This document shows positions 8,963 to 19,800 of a stretch of DNA of 64,000 nucleotides, piece by piece. Source of the stretch: a virus; IMG/VR virus record IMGVR_UViG_3300042255_000018. One strand, written 5' to 3'. The notes below the pieces were generated by a model, which saw nothing but the letters and a program-made list of their open reading frames with translations, searched no databases and was not told the origin of the DNA. Each line of letters begins with the position of its first letter. Positions within the stretch are counted from its first letter, which is position 1. The position numbers were made by a program, and so were the translations under genes.

Positions 8963-10474
8963 ATGACGGGCAACATCTGGTTCGGGGATTACGCCAGCTA
9001 CATGGGGTACCTCGACAAACTCAAAAAGATCGACGATCCGGCTTACATGGCCACCATGCGCAGCATGTGGGAGTCAGATCGCAAAGAACAGGATGAAGAC
9101 GAAGAGTACGAATCCTGGCTGCTGGAGCGTCGTGGCAACACTGCTGTTCTGAATGTTGCCGGTGACTTGGTGAATACCAAGGCTTGGTACAACGAGTACC
9201 TGGGAATGGTCTCCTATGAGGAGATTCAGGAAGCCTTGGCAGAGGCGGGCGCCGACGAATCGGTGGACCAGGTGCTGATGCACTTCTCCACTGGGGGAGG
9301 CACCGCTTCTGGCATCAAGGCTGCAGGCGATTACATCGGGTTCTTCGACCAGAACGTGAAACCCGTCTACGGCTACACCGCCACTGCAGCCTTCAGCGCC
9401 GGTTACTGGCTCGCCAGCTCCACCCGCAAAATCACTGTTGACGAGATGGGTCAGCTAGGCTCCATCGGCGCCGTGAACGTCCACGTCTCCTACAAGGGGA
9501 TGCTGGATAAGAACGGCGTGGTCTACACGATTCTGCGCGAAGGCGAGTTCAAGGCGCTGGGCCACCCGGCTGAAGACCTGGATGAGAAATCCAAAGCCTA
9601 CTTCCAAGACAAGCTGGCAAAAGCCAACTCGTTCTTTATCGAAGCCGTTGTCCGCAACCGCAACGTGTCCCTGGCATCTCAGGCCGATTGGGGCGAAGGC
9701 AAGACTTTCTACGGGCGCGAGGCATTGAACCTCGGTCTCGCAGATGAGGTAGCGACCCTGCAGGACTTGCTGGGACGTTTTCAAGTATCCCGATCCGGCG
9801 ACGGACGGACAATTTACGGAGGCACTATGCCTAAAGAAAAGCTGAAGGCCGAAGAGGCTCAGCAGGCTCCGGCCCCCTCCGATAATGGAGCGGTCGCCGG
9901 TCAGGGCTTGGCTGAGGGGCACCGAGAGGCTGTTGCCGGTCAGGGCTTGGACGATCTGAGCCCGGAGGGTCGTGCGGACCTGTCTGCTGAAGAACTGGCC
10001 AAGCTCGAAGCTGGCTTGCCAATCGACGAGGGCCTGGTAGCCAAGGTCACCACGACCTCACCAGAAGCAGGCGAAGGAGCCTCTGCTGGTGAGGAAGGTG
10101 AAGAACTGGTCAACCCGGTACCTGAAATGGGCGAAGAACTGAAAACTGCACTGGCTGAGCGTGACGCTCTGGCTGAGAAGCTACAGGCAGCTGAAGAACT
10201 GAATACCCAGATGAAAGGCATTGTCCTTGAAGCTGCGAACAAAAAAGTGATCGCCATGGGTGGCATTCCTATGGACTTGGACTTCTTGGATTGCGCAACC
10301 GCAGTTCAGCATTACGAGAAGGTCGATACCAAGTTCAAATCAACTTTCAAGGTTGGGCAGCGTTCCGTGTCCCCGGACACTGACAAGCCTGAACCTGAAA
10401 CCGGTGCTGGTCTCTCAGCCGCTCCGACATTTGCTGAGCGTGCAGTCGCTCATAAACGTAAGCAGCCTAAGTAA
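8963..10474 (+). CDS. S49 (SppA/ClpP-like) prohead protease with C-terminal scaffold region
   Basis: STGGG, AFSAGYWLAS, GSIG, GEFKA S49 motifs; acidic coiled-coil C-terminus. Confidence 0.9.
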   Translation: MTGNIWFGDYASYMGYLDKLKKIDDPAYMATMRSMWESDRKEQDEDEEYESWLLERRGNTAVLNVAGDLVNTKAWYNEYLGMVSYEEIQEALAEAGADESVDQVLMHFSTGGGTASGIKAAGDYIGFFDQNVKPVYGYTATAAFSAGYWLASSTRKITVDEMGQLGSIGAVNVHVSYKGMLDKNGVVYTILREGEFKALGHPAEDLDEKSKAYFQDKLAKANSFFIEAVVRNRNVSLASQADWGEGKTFYGREALNLGLADEVATLQDLLGRFQVSRSGDGRTIYGGTMPKEKLKAEEAQQAPAPSDNGAVAGQGLAEGHREAVAGQGLDDLSPEGRADLSAEELAKLEAGLPIDEGLVAKVTTTSPEAGEGASAGEEGEELVNPVPEMGEELKTALAERDALAEKLQAAEELNTQMKGIVLEAANKKVIAMGGIPMDLDFLDCATAVQHYEKVDTKFKSTFKVGQRSVSPDTDKPEPETGAGLSAAPTFAERAVAHKRKQPK

Positions 10475-10509
10475 CGACTTAGAAAGCAGACACTAAAGAG
10501 GAAACAGTC

Positions 10510-10959
10510 ATGCCTGCATTCAAGCACACAATGCTGACCACCACGCCGGCTGAGATGGACATTATCTCTGCAGCTATCGGTGACGACACTAACCAGGCTC
10601 GTTCTGAGCTGGACTACGGCAAGGCCGTTGTAAAGGGCGATGCCCAGAATTTCGTACTGGCTCCGGCCGGTGCGGAGATTGAAGGCTTCATCGACTCTGT
10701 TCGCGGCGACACTGTGAACGAAGGTTACTCCTTCGGTGGTATCCAGCGCCGCAAGCGCATCATCGCTGAAGTAGGTGCCAACCAAGGCGCAACTGAAATG
10801 GCAGTCAACGACTTCGTAGTCGCTGATACGCAGGTACCGTTCGGCACCAAGGGCTATGCCCAGGTGAAGACAGGTACTCCGTCCAAGTTCCTGTGGCAGG
10901 TCTTGGCAATCGAAGGCACTGGCGTAGCCGGTGACAAAGTGCTGCTGGAGCGCCAGTAA
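10510..10959 (+). CDS. Head decoration/cement protein
   Basis: 149-aa beta-rich ORF between protease and capsid genes; GAGG RBS. Confidence 0.7.
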   Translation: MPAFKHTMLTTTPAEMDIISAAIGDDTNQARSELDYGKAVVKGDAQNFVLAPAGAEIEGFIDSVRGDTVNEGYSFGGIQRRKRIIAEVGANQGATEMAVNDFVVADTQVPFGTKGYAQVKTGTPSKFLWQVLAIEGTGVAGDKVLLERQ

Positions 10960-11002
10960 TTCACTGGCTCCCTAACCAAAGACCATTTTGAGGAACTGAA
11001 AA

Positions 11003-12184
11003 ATGCCTGAAGCTATTATCAAGTACCGCAACACAGAAGGTAAGCTGGTCGAGAAGAACATCGACCACACTCTGTACCAGGAAGCTGCCGACAAGAAGGT
11101 GGACGTGCCGACTCTGCTGATGCACAAGTGTGCAGATGCTGACCTGGACTACGGCACCCCGTTTGAGCAGGCTCTGCTGCACTCCGGCATCATGGCGAAG
11201 AAAGATCGCCCGGCTGGCATGATCGCACCTTCCATGAAGGACGTTCTGAGCGGCAACGTCGGTATCGACATGAACGCTGTCCGTGCACCGGACGGCACCA
11301 ATAACAACATCAGTGCTCGTATGCTGTTCCCTCAGGTGATCCTGGAGACCATGCGTGACTACCTGATCGAAGACCAGTCCGACTTCCTCGACGGCTACAA
11401 CCAGATGGTTGCGCTGACCGAGAACGTGGCTTCTTCCCGCGTGGATCAGCCGACCATCGACACTCGTGCGAACGAGAGCGTGGATTCTCAGCAGATCGCT
11501 CAGTTGGCGGAACCGGCCAGCCTGGTAACCATCACTGTTGGCGATACAACTCACCGTATCCCGACTGACTCTATCGGTCTGATGGTGTCCGACGACGCGC
11601 TGGAAGCAACCAGCCTGGACCTGGTGAACCTGGCGATGTCTGCCCACGCTCGTGGCAAGCGCATCCGCATGGTCGAAAGCAACATCCGCAACATGGTTCT
11701 GGGTGACAAAGACCTGGGCATGTCTGCGCTGCCGACTGTACAGGCGAAGTCCTTCGACTCGTCAATCACCGCTGCTGGCAAGATCAGCCGCAAGGCGTGG
11801 ATCAAGTGGCTGCGTTCTGAGTACCAGAAGCGCTCCCTGAACGGTGTGATGATGTCTCTGGACACCGCCATCGAACTGGACGAAACCCTGGTGGCCCTGA
11901 ACCACAGCACCGACCGTCGTGAAACTGCTGTCGGCTTCGGTATCAGCAACCTGAACATTGCTCCGCCTCAGATTCTGATCGTTGACGAAGCTGTTGTAGG
12001 TGCCGGTACTATCGTCGGCCTGGACACTCGCTACGCGATCCGTCGCATGGTGAACGTGTCTGCATCCTACGAAGCCATCGAGAACTTCGTACTGCGTAAG
12101 GCCAAGGCATTCCGTGTTGACCACGGCGAGATGTCCCGCCGCCTGTACGACGATGCCTGGTCTGTGATGACCCTGACTGTATAA
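11003..12184 (+). CDS. Major capsid protein
   Basis: 393 aa, position in head module, strongly biased codon usage, GAGGA RBS. Confidence 0.85.
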   Translation: MPEAIIKYRNTEGKLVEKNIDHTLYQEAADKKVDVPTLLMHKCADADLDYGTPFEQALLHSGIMAKKDRPAGMIAPSMKDVLSGNVGIDMNAVRAPDGTNNNISARMLFPQVILETMRDYLIEDQSDFLDGYNQMVALTENVASSRVDQPTIDTRANESVDSQQIAQLAEPASLVTITVGDTTHRIPTDSIGLMVSDDALEATSLDLVNLAMSAHARGKRIRMVESNIRNMVLGDKDLGMSALPTVQAKSFDSSITAAGKISRKAWIKWLRSEYQKRSLNGVMMSLDTAIELDETLVALNHSTDRRETAVGFGISNLNIAPPQILIVDEAVVGAGTIVGLDTRYAIRRMVNVSASYEAIENFVLRKAKAFRVDHGEMSRRLYDDAWSVMTLTV

Positions 12185-12242
12185 GGCTGAAGGGGGTCGA
12201 AGGGCCCCCGTTATCACTGGATAGCGATTAAAGGAGAAGATC

Positions 12243-12536
12243 ATGGCACTAGCCAAGAAACCCGCCGCTAAAGCTCAGGAAACTGAAACCCAGGAGCCTC
12301 AGACTCAGGCGCAGGAAACTGAAACCCAGGAGCCTCAGACTCAGGCGCAGGAACCTGAAACCCAGGAGCCTCAGACTCAGGCTTCAGGTTTGGCCAAGTT
12401 CCAAATGGAGCGTGGTGCGTATCTGGTACAGCCGTCCACTGGCATTCGTATTTCTCTCAAGGAAGTGCGCGAGCTGAAAGACGACAGCTGGGCAGAACTT
12501 CAGGTAGGCGCAGGCTTGCTGAAGCGCGTCAAGTAA
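12243..12536 (+). CDS. Small post-capsid protein with 12-aa tandem repeats
   Basis: AAGGAG RBS; QETETQEPQTQA x3. Confidence 0.75.
   Translation: MALAKKPAAKAQETETQEPQTQAQETETQEPQTQAQEPETQEPQTQASGLAKFQMERGAYLVQPSTGIRISLKEVRELKDDSWAELQVGAGLLKRVK
12276..12383 (+). repeat. 36-bp tandem repeat x3
   Basis: CAGGAAACTGAAACCCAGGAGCCTCAGACTCAGGCG, near-perfect copies. Confidence 0.95.
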
Positions 12537-12548
12537 TCGGGAGCGGCG

Positions 12549-13022
12549 ATGATGGATATTCTGGGCATTGTGACACTTGCGACAATTAGGTCCACTTTGG
12601 GCATGTCTGAGACTGATGCTTCAGATGCTGTTATCGCCAACCTCAACCTGCAAGACGAAGTTGAGATCGACCTGCAAAGCTGGTTACCCGATTTTCAGGC
12701 CGTGATCGACGACACTTGGAGTGCTCAGAGCGCAGATGTACGCGAGTTCGTATTCCTGCGTCTGAAGGCATTCGTGAAATACTACGCCTCCGCAGTTTTG
12801 GCTGAGTCAGCCCCCGGTCTGCTGTTACGCCGGATCAGCGACGGAGAGAACGAGGCACAGCGTTTCGACTCTGTAAACCCAACGAAGCTGGCCGGCAATC
12901 TCTACCAGAAAGCTGACCAGTTCCGGCAGTCGATTGTCGATAAATTGGAGCCTCTGTCAGCCGGTACGTTCCCGCTGTTCGGTGTGGTTAACTCCTCCTA
13001 TGACCCGGTAACTGGCGAATGA
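12549..13022 (+). CDS. Head-tail adaptor (putative)
   Basis: Position and helical 157-aa size. Confidence 0.6.
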   Translation: MMDILGIVTLATIRSTLGMSETDASDAVIANLNLQDEVEIDLQSWLPDFQAVIDDTWSAQSADVREFVFLRLKAFVKYYASAVLAESAPGLLLRRISDGENEAQRFDSVNPTKLAGNLYQKADQFRQSIVDKLEPLSAGTFPLFGVVNSSYDPVTGE

Positions 13023-13918
13023 ACCTTGGTCGCGTAGCAACTCACTTCAACGCGAACGAGTTCGAGTACCTGGACCCGGTAACCCGTCAGTGGGTCGATG
13101 GATTTTCAGGGCGGCTCGCTGCATCAGATCGGTTCTTGTCCAACTTCAACCGGCCGACCCGCAAGCGAATGCTATACTCCTCATTCGACCTGAACTTGCA
13201 GCCCTACGATGTGATCAGGCTGAAGACCACAGGCGAAGTCTACCTGTTGGGGGTTTCCAGAAAGGACACCCTCTGGATGGACAAGGTGACCCAGCTCACC
13301 ATCTGCCACATGGTCACGCCAGACCTCTCTGCTGGTATCGCAGCCATTGACAGGCCCGCCGTGCTGGGAACTGGTGACGACTTGGGCTGGGTAGTCATGC
13401 AGTCGGCAGGGGTAACGTACCTCGATCTGGAGCTGCGGACCACGGCCACAGAGCCAGGCTCCAAGGAAACCCAGATCGGCCACTACTTCGGCTTTGCAGA
13501 GGCGCGTGTGGACCTGCGAGACGGGGATCGTCTGACACTCAACGGCGTAACCTACGTCGCTGACGAGGTGGCCTACGACTCTGGCCTAAGACTGCTCCGG
13601 CTGGCCAACCGAGACGTGCACTACGTCGATATGGTGTTCACCATTGGCTCCGGCACCAAGACCTACGACAGAGTTACCGGCCAGTACACCAGTGCCCCGG
13701 TTACCCGCAATGTAAGTGGCATCCTCACTGACTTGCACAACTCAGACGACGGGTTCTCCAAAGACTCTGCAGACTATACCGAGGTGAGGATCGAGCTGGA
13801 TCATATCGGATTTGAACCCAAACCCAACATGGCAGTGGAGCTGAAGGGTAAGTCGTACACGATCAGTTATGTCCAGCAGGCGGAGTATCGCCGGCAGTGG
13901 ATTGTGAGGATGAAGTGA
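13019..13918 (+). CDS. Head closure/neck protein (putative)
   Basis: Position; beta-rich; ATGA-coupled. Confidence 0.55.
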   Translation: MNLGRVATHFNANEFEYLDPVTRQWVDGFSGRLAASDRFLSNFNRPTRKRMLYSSFDLNLQPYDVIRLKTTGEVYLLGVSRKDTLWMDKVTQLTICHMVTPDLSAGIAAIDRPAVLGTGDDLGWVVMQSAGVTYLDLELRTTATEPGSKETQIGHYFGFAEARVDLRDGDRLTLNGVTYVADEVAYDSGLRLLRLANRDVHYVDMVFTIGSGTKTYDRVTGQYTSAPVTRNVSGILTDLHNSDDGFSKDSADYTEVRIELDHIGFEPKPNMAVELKGKSYTISYVQQAEYRRQWIVRMK

Positions 13919-14469
13919 TGGCCACGGTATCCCGCTTCAAAGAGCAGAACCAGAAGTACATACAGGGCTTTGCAGCTGGTATCAGGAACGCCTCTAAATA
14001 CATAGCTGAAGCAGCCCTTAAAGAGGCGTTTCATCAAGCCGTGACTCAGACGGAGCAGGACTCAGGTAACGCTGCTTGGCACTGGACTGTCGTCGGGTTC
14101 AGAAAGGGTGAGGGTTCTGGCAGGACTGAGTTCTCTGTGAAGTACGGAATGGCCCCGATAGGCGATAAAGGCACGGCCGGAGCAAACCGAACCGCTGTGG
14201 AAGCCACAACCCTAAAAGAGGGGTTCGAGATCATCCACGTAATGCTGTTCCAGCAAGGGAGGACCGCCTTCACCATTTTCAATGGAATACCCGAAGGCAG
14301 GTATGCCTTGAATGCGGGCATCGACACTGAAGCTATGGCCGAAATAACGGCCCACGCCATGGAAAAAGCCAAGATAGCCGCGAAGAAAGCCACCAAATCC
14401 TCAACCTTCTTCGGATACGGCGAGGAAGAGTACGTCGCCAGCGGCGGCAAGCTGACGCAGGTCTACTGA
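13918..14469 (+). CDS. Neck/tail completion protein (HK97 gp10-like, putative)
   Basis: TEQDSGNAAWHW resembles the TPvDTG..r..W motif. Confidence 0.6.
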   Translation: MATVSRFKEQNQKYIQGFAAGIRNASKYIAEAALKEAFHQAVTQTEQDSGNAAWHWTVVGFRKGEGSGRTEFSVKYGMAPIGDKGTAGANRTAVEATTLKEGFEIIHVMLFQQGRTAFTIFNGIPEGRYALNAGIDTEAMAEITAHAMEKAKIAAKKATKSSTFFGYGEEEYVASGGKLTQVY

Positions 14470-14900
14470 TGCCAACAACACTCCCACAAGTAAAACTGGC
14501 CCTGATCAACCACCTGCTCGACAACTGGCCGGCAACACCTATCTGCGAGTCAGGTGCCAGCGGCGTAGACATCTCTGGTCAGGTGCAGGACAACCTGTTT
14601 GACAGTGAGTACGAATTTATTGAAATAGACATCGGCCTCACCGCTCGCGGTGCGGCCGGCGTAAGCAGGCACTCCGGTACCCGTGTGCTTGCGTACCTTG
14701 ATGTACAAATGTACATAATGCCTGGAAGTGGTACCATGCGGTTGGCCGAATTGGAAAGCCAGCTATACCCGCTAGTTGAGAGGAAAACGATAGGCGGAGC
14801 GGAAATCCGTAACGCCCAAGGACAGTCAAAACCCTACGAATTCCGGGGAAGGCTGACCAAGATCGTTTCATTCCCAATCGAGTATTTTGAAACAACCTAA
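14469..14900 (+). CDS. Tail terminator protein (putative)
   Basis: 143 aa, directly before the tail tube gene. Confidence 0.6.
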   Translation: MPTTLPQVKLALINHLLDNWPATPICESGASGVDISGQVQDNLFDSEYEFIEIDIGLTARGAAGVSRHSGTRVLAYLDVQMYIMPGSGTMRLAELESQLYPLVERKTIGGAEIRNAQGQSKPYEFRGRLTKIVSFPIEYFETT

Positions 14901-14910
14901 GAGGTGACTT

Positions 14911-15936
14911 ATGAGTTTTACAGACTCGAATACATCACAGCTGGCATACGCGATTGATGCGGCTACCACGCTGGCTGACCTGACGGCAACTGAACTGAAG
15001 CCGATCAACATCCTGAACGACAACCTGAAGCCGACGATCAGTGCCAAGACTTCAGACGACATCCGTGACGACGGCCAGTATTCCACTGCCCGCACCATGG
15101 GTGGCTCTGCAGGCGGCGCGGTTAACATGAACTTCCGCTACGGTGAATACGATGACTTCCTCCGCGCTGCATTCCGCAACGACTGGGTGGAAGACACCGC
15201 CGACGCCACAGGCAAAACTCACGTTCTGTGGAACGGACTGGAGAAAGTCCCGTTCTTCTTCGAGCGTAAGCTGAAGCGCCTGGACGACGCCGGTAATGAA
15301 TGGAACGACTTCAGACGTTTCTTCTCTCAGTACCTGTCCACTGCGACGCTGAACCTGCCATCTGAAGACTGGGTAAGCCTGAACACCAACTTCCTGGGGC
15401 TGGGCTTCGCCTACGACGAGCAGGACGCCTCCGTTGACCCGAAAGCAGGTGAGATCGCTGGCATCACCTACCTGGCGCGGGGCAACAGCGACCCCATCGA
15501 CTCGTCCAACTCGATCACGTCAGTAATTGTGAAGGATGACCAAGGTGTGTCCATGGACCTGGTGTTGGAGCAGGGCTCTGTCGAGTTCAACTCTAATCTA
15601 CGGGAAGACAAGGCAGTTAGCCACCGGTTCTCTGCCAACATCGGCTTTGGCCGATTCGGCTGTATGATGAACGGCACGTTCTACTTCCGCAACCAGGGCG
15701 TTCTGGACGCCATGTGGAACGACAAGAACCTGTCCGTCGAAATCACCTTCACTGTGAACGGCAACGCTTACACACTGGTAATGCCGTCAGTGCGTGTGAT
15801 GCAGAACGATGAAGACGTTCCGCAGGTGGATGTGACCATGCGTTCCCCGGTGCAGATGCAGGCGTTCCCGAAGACCGTTACGGTCGCGGGTGCCCCGGTC
15901 AACTGCACTGCTTACCTGGTTCGCGTAGCAGCCTAA
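14911..15936 (+). CDS. Major tail tube protein
   Basis: 341 aa, SDDIRDD...AGGAVNMNFRYG pattern, upstream of chaperones and TMP. Confidence 0.8.
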   Translation: MSFTDSNTSQLAYAIDAATTLADLTATELKPINILNDNLKPTISAKTSDDIRDDGQYSTARTMGGSAGGAVNMNFRYGEYDDFLRAAFRNDWVEDTADATGKTHVLWNGLEKVPFFFERKLKRLDDAGNEWNDFRRFFSQYLSTATLNLPSEDWVSLNTNFLGLGFAYDEQDASVDPKAGEIAGITYLARGNSDPIDSSNSITSVIVKDDQGVSMDLVLEQGSVEFNSNLREDKAVSHRFSANIGFGRFGCMMNGTFYFRNQGVLDAMWNDKNLSVEITFTVNGNAYTLVMPSVRVMQNDEDVPQVDVTMRSPVQMQAFPKTVTVAGAPVNCTAYLVRVAA

Positions 15937-16041
15937 GGTTGCTGGTCAATAACTAGACAGCCGTTCCGGCTTGTACAAATGTACAAATGTGCTGTAGTAT
16001 CTTATGCACATTTGTACATTTTTCTTTTATAGGGTAGACCA

Positions 16042-16479
16042 ATGGCATTTTGCATCCATAACACTGTCACTGACGAAAAAGCTGAAATCGAAGGCATCTG
16101 GATGGACTACGATGGAGGCAGTCGTGTGAAGCTGGCCCGCTTCAACAATGAAAAAGCCCAGCGTATGCGCATGGAGTGGTACCAGGAAAATAAAGCCCTG
16201 TTGGAAGCCCTGGCCGATAAAGGCGAGGAAGGTGAACAGCAGCGCGAAGACCTGTTTAAGGCTGGCGAAGCCAAGATCATGTCTGAAGCAGTTCTGCTCG
16301 ACTGGGACGGCTTTGAAGACCTAGAAGGCAAGAAGGTTAAGCACACTCAGAATACCGCTGAACAGTACCTGCTGCTGTCCAAGGATTTCCGCAAGGACAT
16401 GAGCATGATGTCCGGCAACCGCGACAAGTACCTGCTGAAAAACCTGCAGGACGACGTTGAGGCCGCAAAAAAGTCGTAA
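16042..16479 (+). CDS. Tail assembly chaperone (G-like)
   Basis: Between tail tube and TMP; ends at slippery A AAA AAG. Confidence 0.8.
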   Translation: MAFCIHNTVTDEKAEIEGIWMDYDGGSRVKLARFNNEKAQRMRMEWYQENKALLEALADKGEEGEQQREDLFKAGEAKIMSEAVLLDWDGFEDLEGKKVKHTQNTAEQYLLLSKDFRKDMSMMSGNRDKYLLKNLQDDVEAAKKS

Positions 16480-16823
16480 GCTGGTACGCTCGTCATGGGG
16501 ATGTCAATCTGGCATCCCTTCACGAGGCCTGGAGACGGTGGGGAGAAAAGCCGAAGGTACTTCAGGAACACGACGAACTCCCGCATTTGCCGTCGCACTT
16601 CAACGAAGCCTTTCATGTTTTCAACTTCCTCAAGCAGCTAAGACCCTCCAATGAAACGGGCTACCAGCCTATCCCTCTCACCGATGTACAAATGTACATT
16701 TGCACAGTCTTGCGGTATTCTGACCCCGTTTATACCCGGTGGCTCACCGAGGTTGTCGTGGGCTGTGACGCCGCCGAACGCCGGGTAATTTCACAGAAGC
16801 TCTCAGAGAAGCAGGGTACTTAA
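16470..16823 (+). CDS. Tail assembly chaperone frameshift extension (GT-like, -1 frame)
   Basis: The -1 frame is open from 16470 (VVSWYARHG...) to the stop at 16823, just before TMP. Confidence 0.8.
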   Translation, partial: KVVSWYARHGDVNLASLHEAWRRWGEKPKVLQEHDELPHLPSHFNEAFHVFNFLKQLRPSNETGYQPIPLTDVQMYICTVLRYSDPVYTRWLTEVVVGCDAAERRVISQKLSEKQGT

Positions 16824-16824
16824 T

Positions 16825-19800
16825 ATGGCGTTTGTTCTCGATGTCGCTCTCGAAGGTGAACAGAGTATTCAGCAGGCGATAGCTCGCATCGGGAAAACGC
16901 TGGAAGACGCTGGGAAAGAGGCGCAAGACCTATCTATAGCCGCTGAGAAAGCCGTCAAGGTGATAGGGACGGACTACGCAAAGGCAGCTGCTAACGCAGG
17001 AGCTGCAACCGGAAGTCTGGTTAAGGGCCTTGAAGCAGAAGCAAAACTCCTTCAGGAAACCTGGCAGAAAACTCAGAAGTACAACAATGTGCTGAGGGAC
17101 CAGCAGAAGTTGCAGCAGCTGGTCCATAAGTCCTCCAAAGATTACAGCACCGCCCTCGAACAGCAAATCATGCAGATGACTCACGCAGGTATGCGTACAG
17201 CTTACTTGCGTGAAGCTGAGATGAAACTGGCTGAACAGCACAGAAAGCTGCAAGCCGAAGCCTCGCTGTTCAACACCACCATGGCTCAAACTGTACGAGG
17301 CATGGAAGCACAGCTAAAAGCCGCAAAGGCCACTGAGGAATCCGACCGCAAACGGACACAACGGGTCAAAGACCTCACTGCCGAACTGAAACACCTCAGC
17401 ACCCAGGAGGGCAAAGACGCACTGCTGCTTGAGCATAAAATCAAGCTCGCAAAGGAAGCAGCGCTCGCTGAGACAAAGAGAAAAGAACGGATTGGTGCCC
17501 TTCGTTCTGAGCTTCGCTACCTCGCCTCTGAGGAAGGCAAGAAGGCAGAATCGCTCGCCCTTCAGGTCAAGCGCTCGAAGGAAGCGGCCGTCGCTGAAGA
17601 GCAGCGTAAAAACCGACTGAAGGACCTTCGGGCCGAACTTCGCCAGCTATCGACTGAGGAAGCCAAGAAAGCCGCCTCCCTTGAACTGGCAATCAAGCGC
17701 CAGAAAGAACTGGCCACAGCGGACGAGCGCCGCAAGAATAAGCTCAAAGACCTTCGTGCGGAAATCAGATTCCTCAACTCTGAGGCTGGCAAGAAAACCG
17801 CCTCCGAAGAACTGACTCTCAAGCGCACAAAAGAACTGGCCACTCAGGAGCAGCGTCGGGCAAACCGACTGAAAGACCTACGCGCTGAACTGCGGTACCT
17901 GAAGTCAGAGCAGGGGCAGCTTGCCGCTGAGCTGGAACTGTCTGTAAAACGTCAGAAGGAACTGGTCACAGAGGAGCAGCGTCGGAAGAACCGCCTCAAG
18001 GACCTTCGGGCAGAGTTGAAGCACCTGAACTCCGACGAAGGTAAGCGGGCGCTGTCTATTGAGCGTCAGATCAAACGCCAAAAAGAACTGGCCGGGCAGG
18101 AAGACGCCCGTCGAAACCGTATCAAAGACCTACGCGCTGAACTTGCCTACCTGAACTCTGCAGAAGGCAAGCGTGGTGCAGTTCTGGAGCAACAGTTGCG
18201 TGGGCAGCGGGAACTGGTTGTCGAGGAAGAGAAGCGCCGCCAGACGCTGCAAAAGCTCCGTTCTGAGCAGGCGTTCTTGAACTCTGAAGCCGGCCGGCAG
18301 CAAGAACTGCTGAAGGCCGAGATCGCTCTGAAGCGTCAGCTCATCCAGGAACAGGTAAAGCAGAGCAGTGAGCTTGCCAAGGCCAGAGCGGCCCGAGACC
18401 AATACAATTCTGCCACCCAACGTAACATTGAGCTTGCTCGCCTGGAGCTGGCTGAAAAGAAAAAGGCAGATAAGGCTTGGGCCGAAGAGCAGCTTGGCAT
18501 CAAGAAAACAACGGTTGCGGTGAACGATCACTCAGATAGCATCCGCAAGCTGAAAGCCGAAATCCAGTTCCTGCAGACCGCTCAGGGTAAGGAATACATG
18601 GAGCTTGAGCGGCAGAAGCGCCAGCTCAAACAGACCCGTGACGAACTCCTGAAGGCCGGCACCGCTACTGACCGGTTCAAGCGTAGCGTTCGTGAACTCA
18701 CCACAGCTGTCAACCTGTCCAATCAGGCTACAGCTGGCTTCCGTGCTGGCCTTGCAGGTATCGGCACCTCATTCGGCATGTTCACCAGCTCAACTATCCT
18801 ATTCGCCTCTGCGGTGTATGGGGTAGGGTCCGCGCTGAAAAGTTCGATCCAGGCCGGTGCCGAGTTTGAGTCTCAGATGGACCGTGTTAACGCCATCATG
18901 GACGCCTCCGGCGCGAACACAATCCGCTTGACGGAGGAAGTGCGCTCTCTTGCAGAGAACACTGTGTTCACGGCGCGTGAAGTCTCTGACGGCCTCATGT
19001 ACCTCGGTATGGCGGGCCTGAAGACAGAAGACGCTCTGACTGCCTTGGAGCCGTCTCTGAGACTGGCGTCCATCGGCATGTTGGATATGGGCACCACTGC
19101 CGACATCGTGACCAACATCATGGTCGGCATGGGCCTTGAAGCCGGGCAAATCAGTGAGATCGTGGACGACATGGCCACGGCTATCACGAACTCCAACATG
19201 GACGTTCGACAGCTCGGCAACGCCATGTCCTACGTGGCACCGCTGGCACGAGAGGCTGACATCTCCCTGCAGGAGATCACTGCATCCCTCGAAGTCCTGC
19301 ACAACACCGGTATCAAGGCGTCTCGTGCGGGTACGGCGATGCGTACCTCGATGTTGTCCCTGCTGGCACCCACGGCCGAGGCCATGGAAGTCCTGCAGCG
19401 GTACGGTATTCAGGTAGACGACAACTCAGGTCGGATGCGCAACTGGACAGAGTTGCTGACCGAGATGGCCGGCGCCCAGATGACGCTTTCTGACATCGAG
19501 GCGATTGTCGGCAAGCGTCAGGCAGCTGGCCTGAAGGCTATGATCGACTCTGCAAAAGCGACAGACGCTGCAGCTGAGAAAGCTAAGAAACTGGGCATTG
19601 AAGTCGGAAAGTCCGCATCAGAGTTGAAGGTACTGACCCAGCAGCTGCATGAGAACGCAGGCGCAGCAAAGATCATGCAGTCTATCATGGAGGACAACCT
19701 TCGTGGCGACTGGCTGAAGCTCCAGGCAGCTATTGAGGAAAAATACCTCGAATTCTACGACATGAACAAGGAAGAGCTGCGGTACCTCGTGCAGGCAGCT

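Noticed and set aside
12276..12383. 36-bp repeats as a CRISPR array
   Set aside because: Repeats are contiguous with no spacers, in frame within a CDS, and no cas genes are present.
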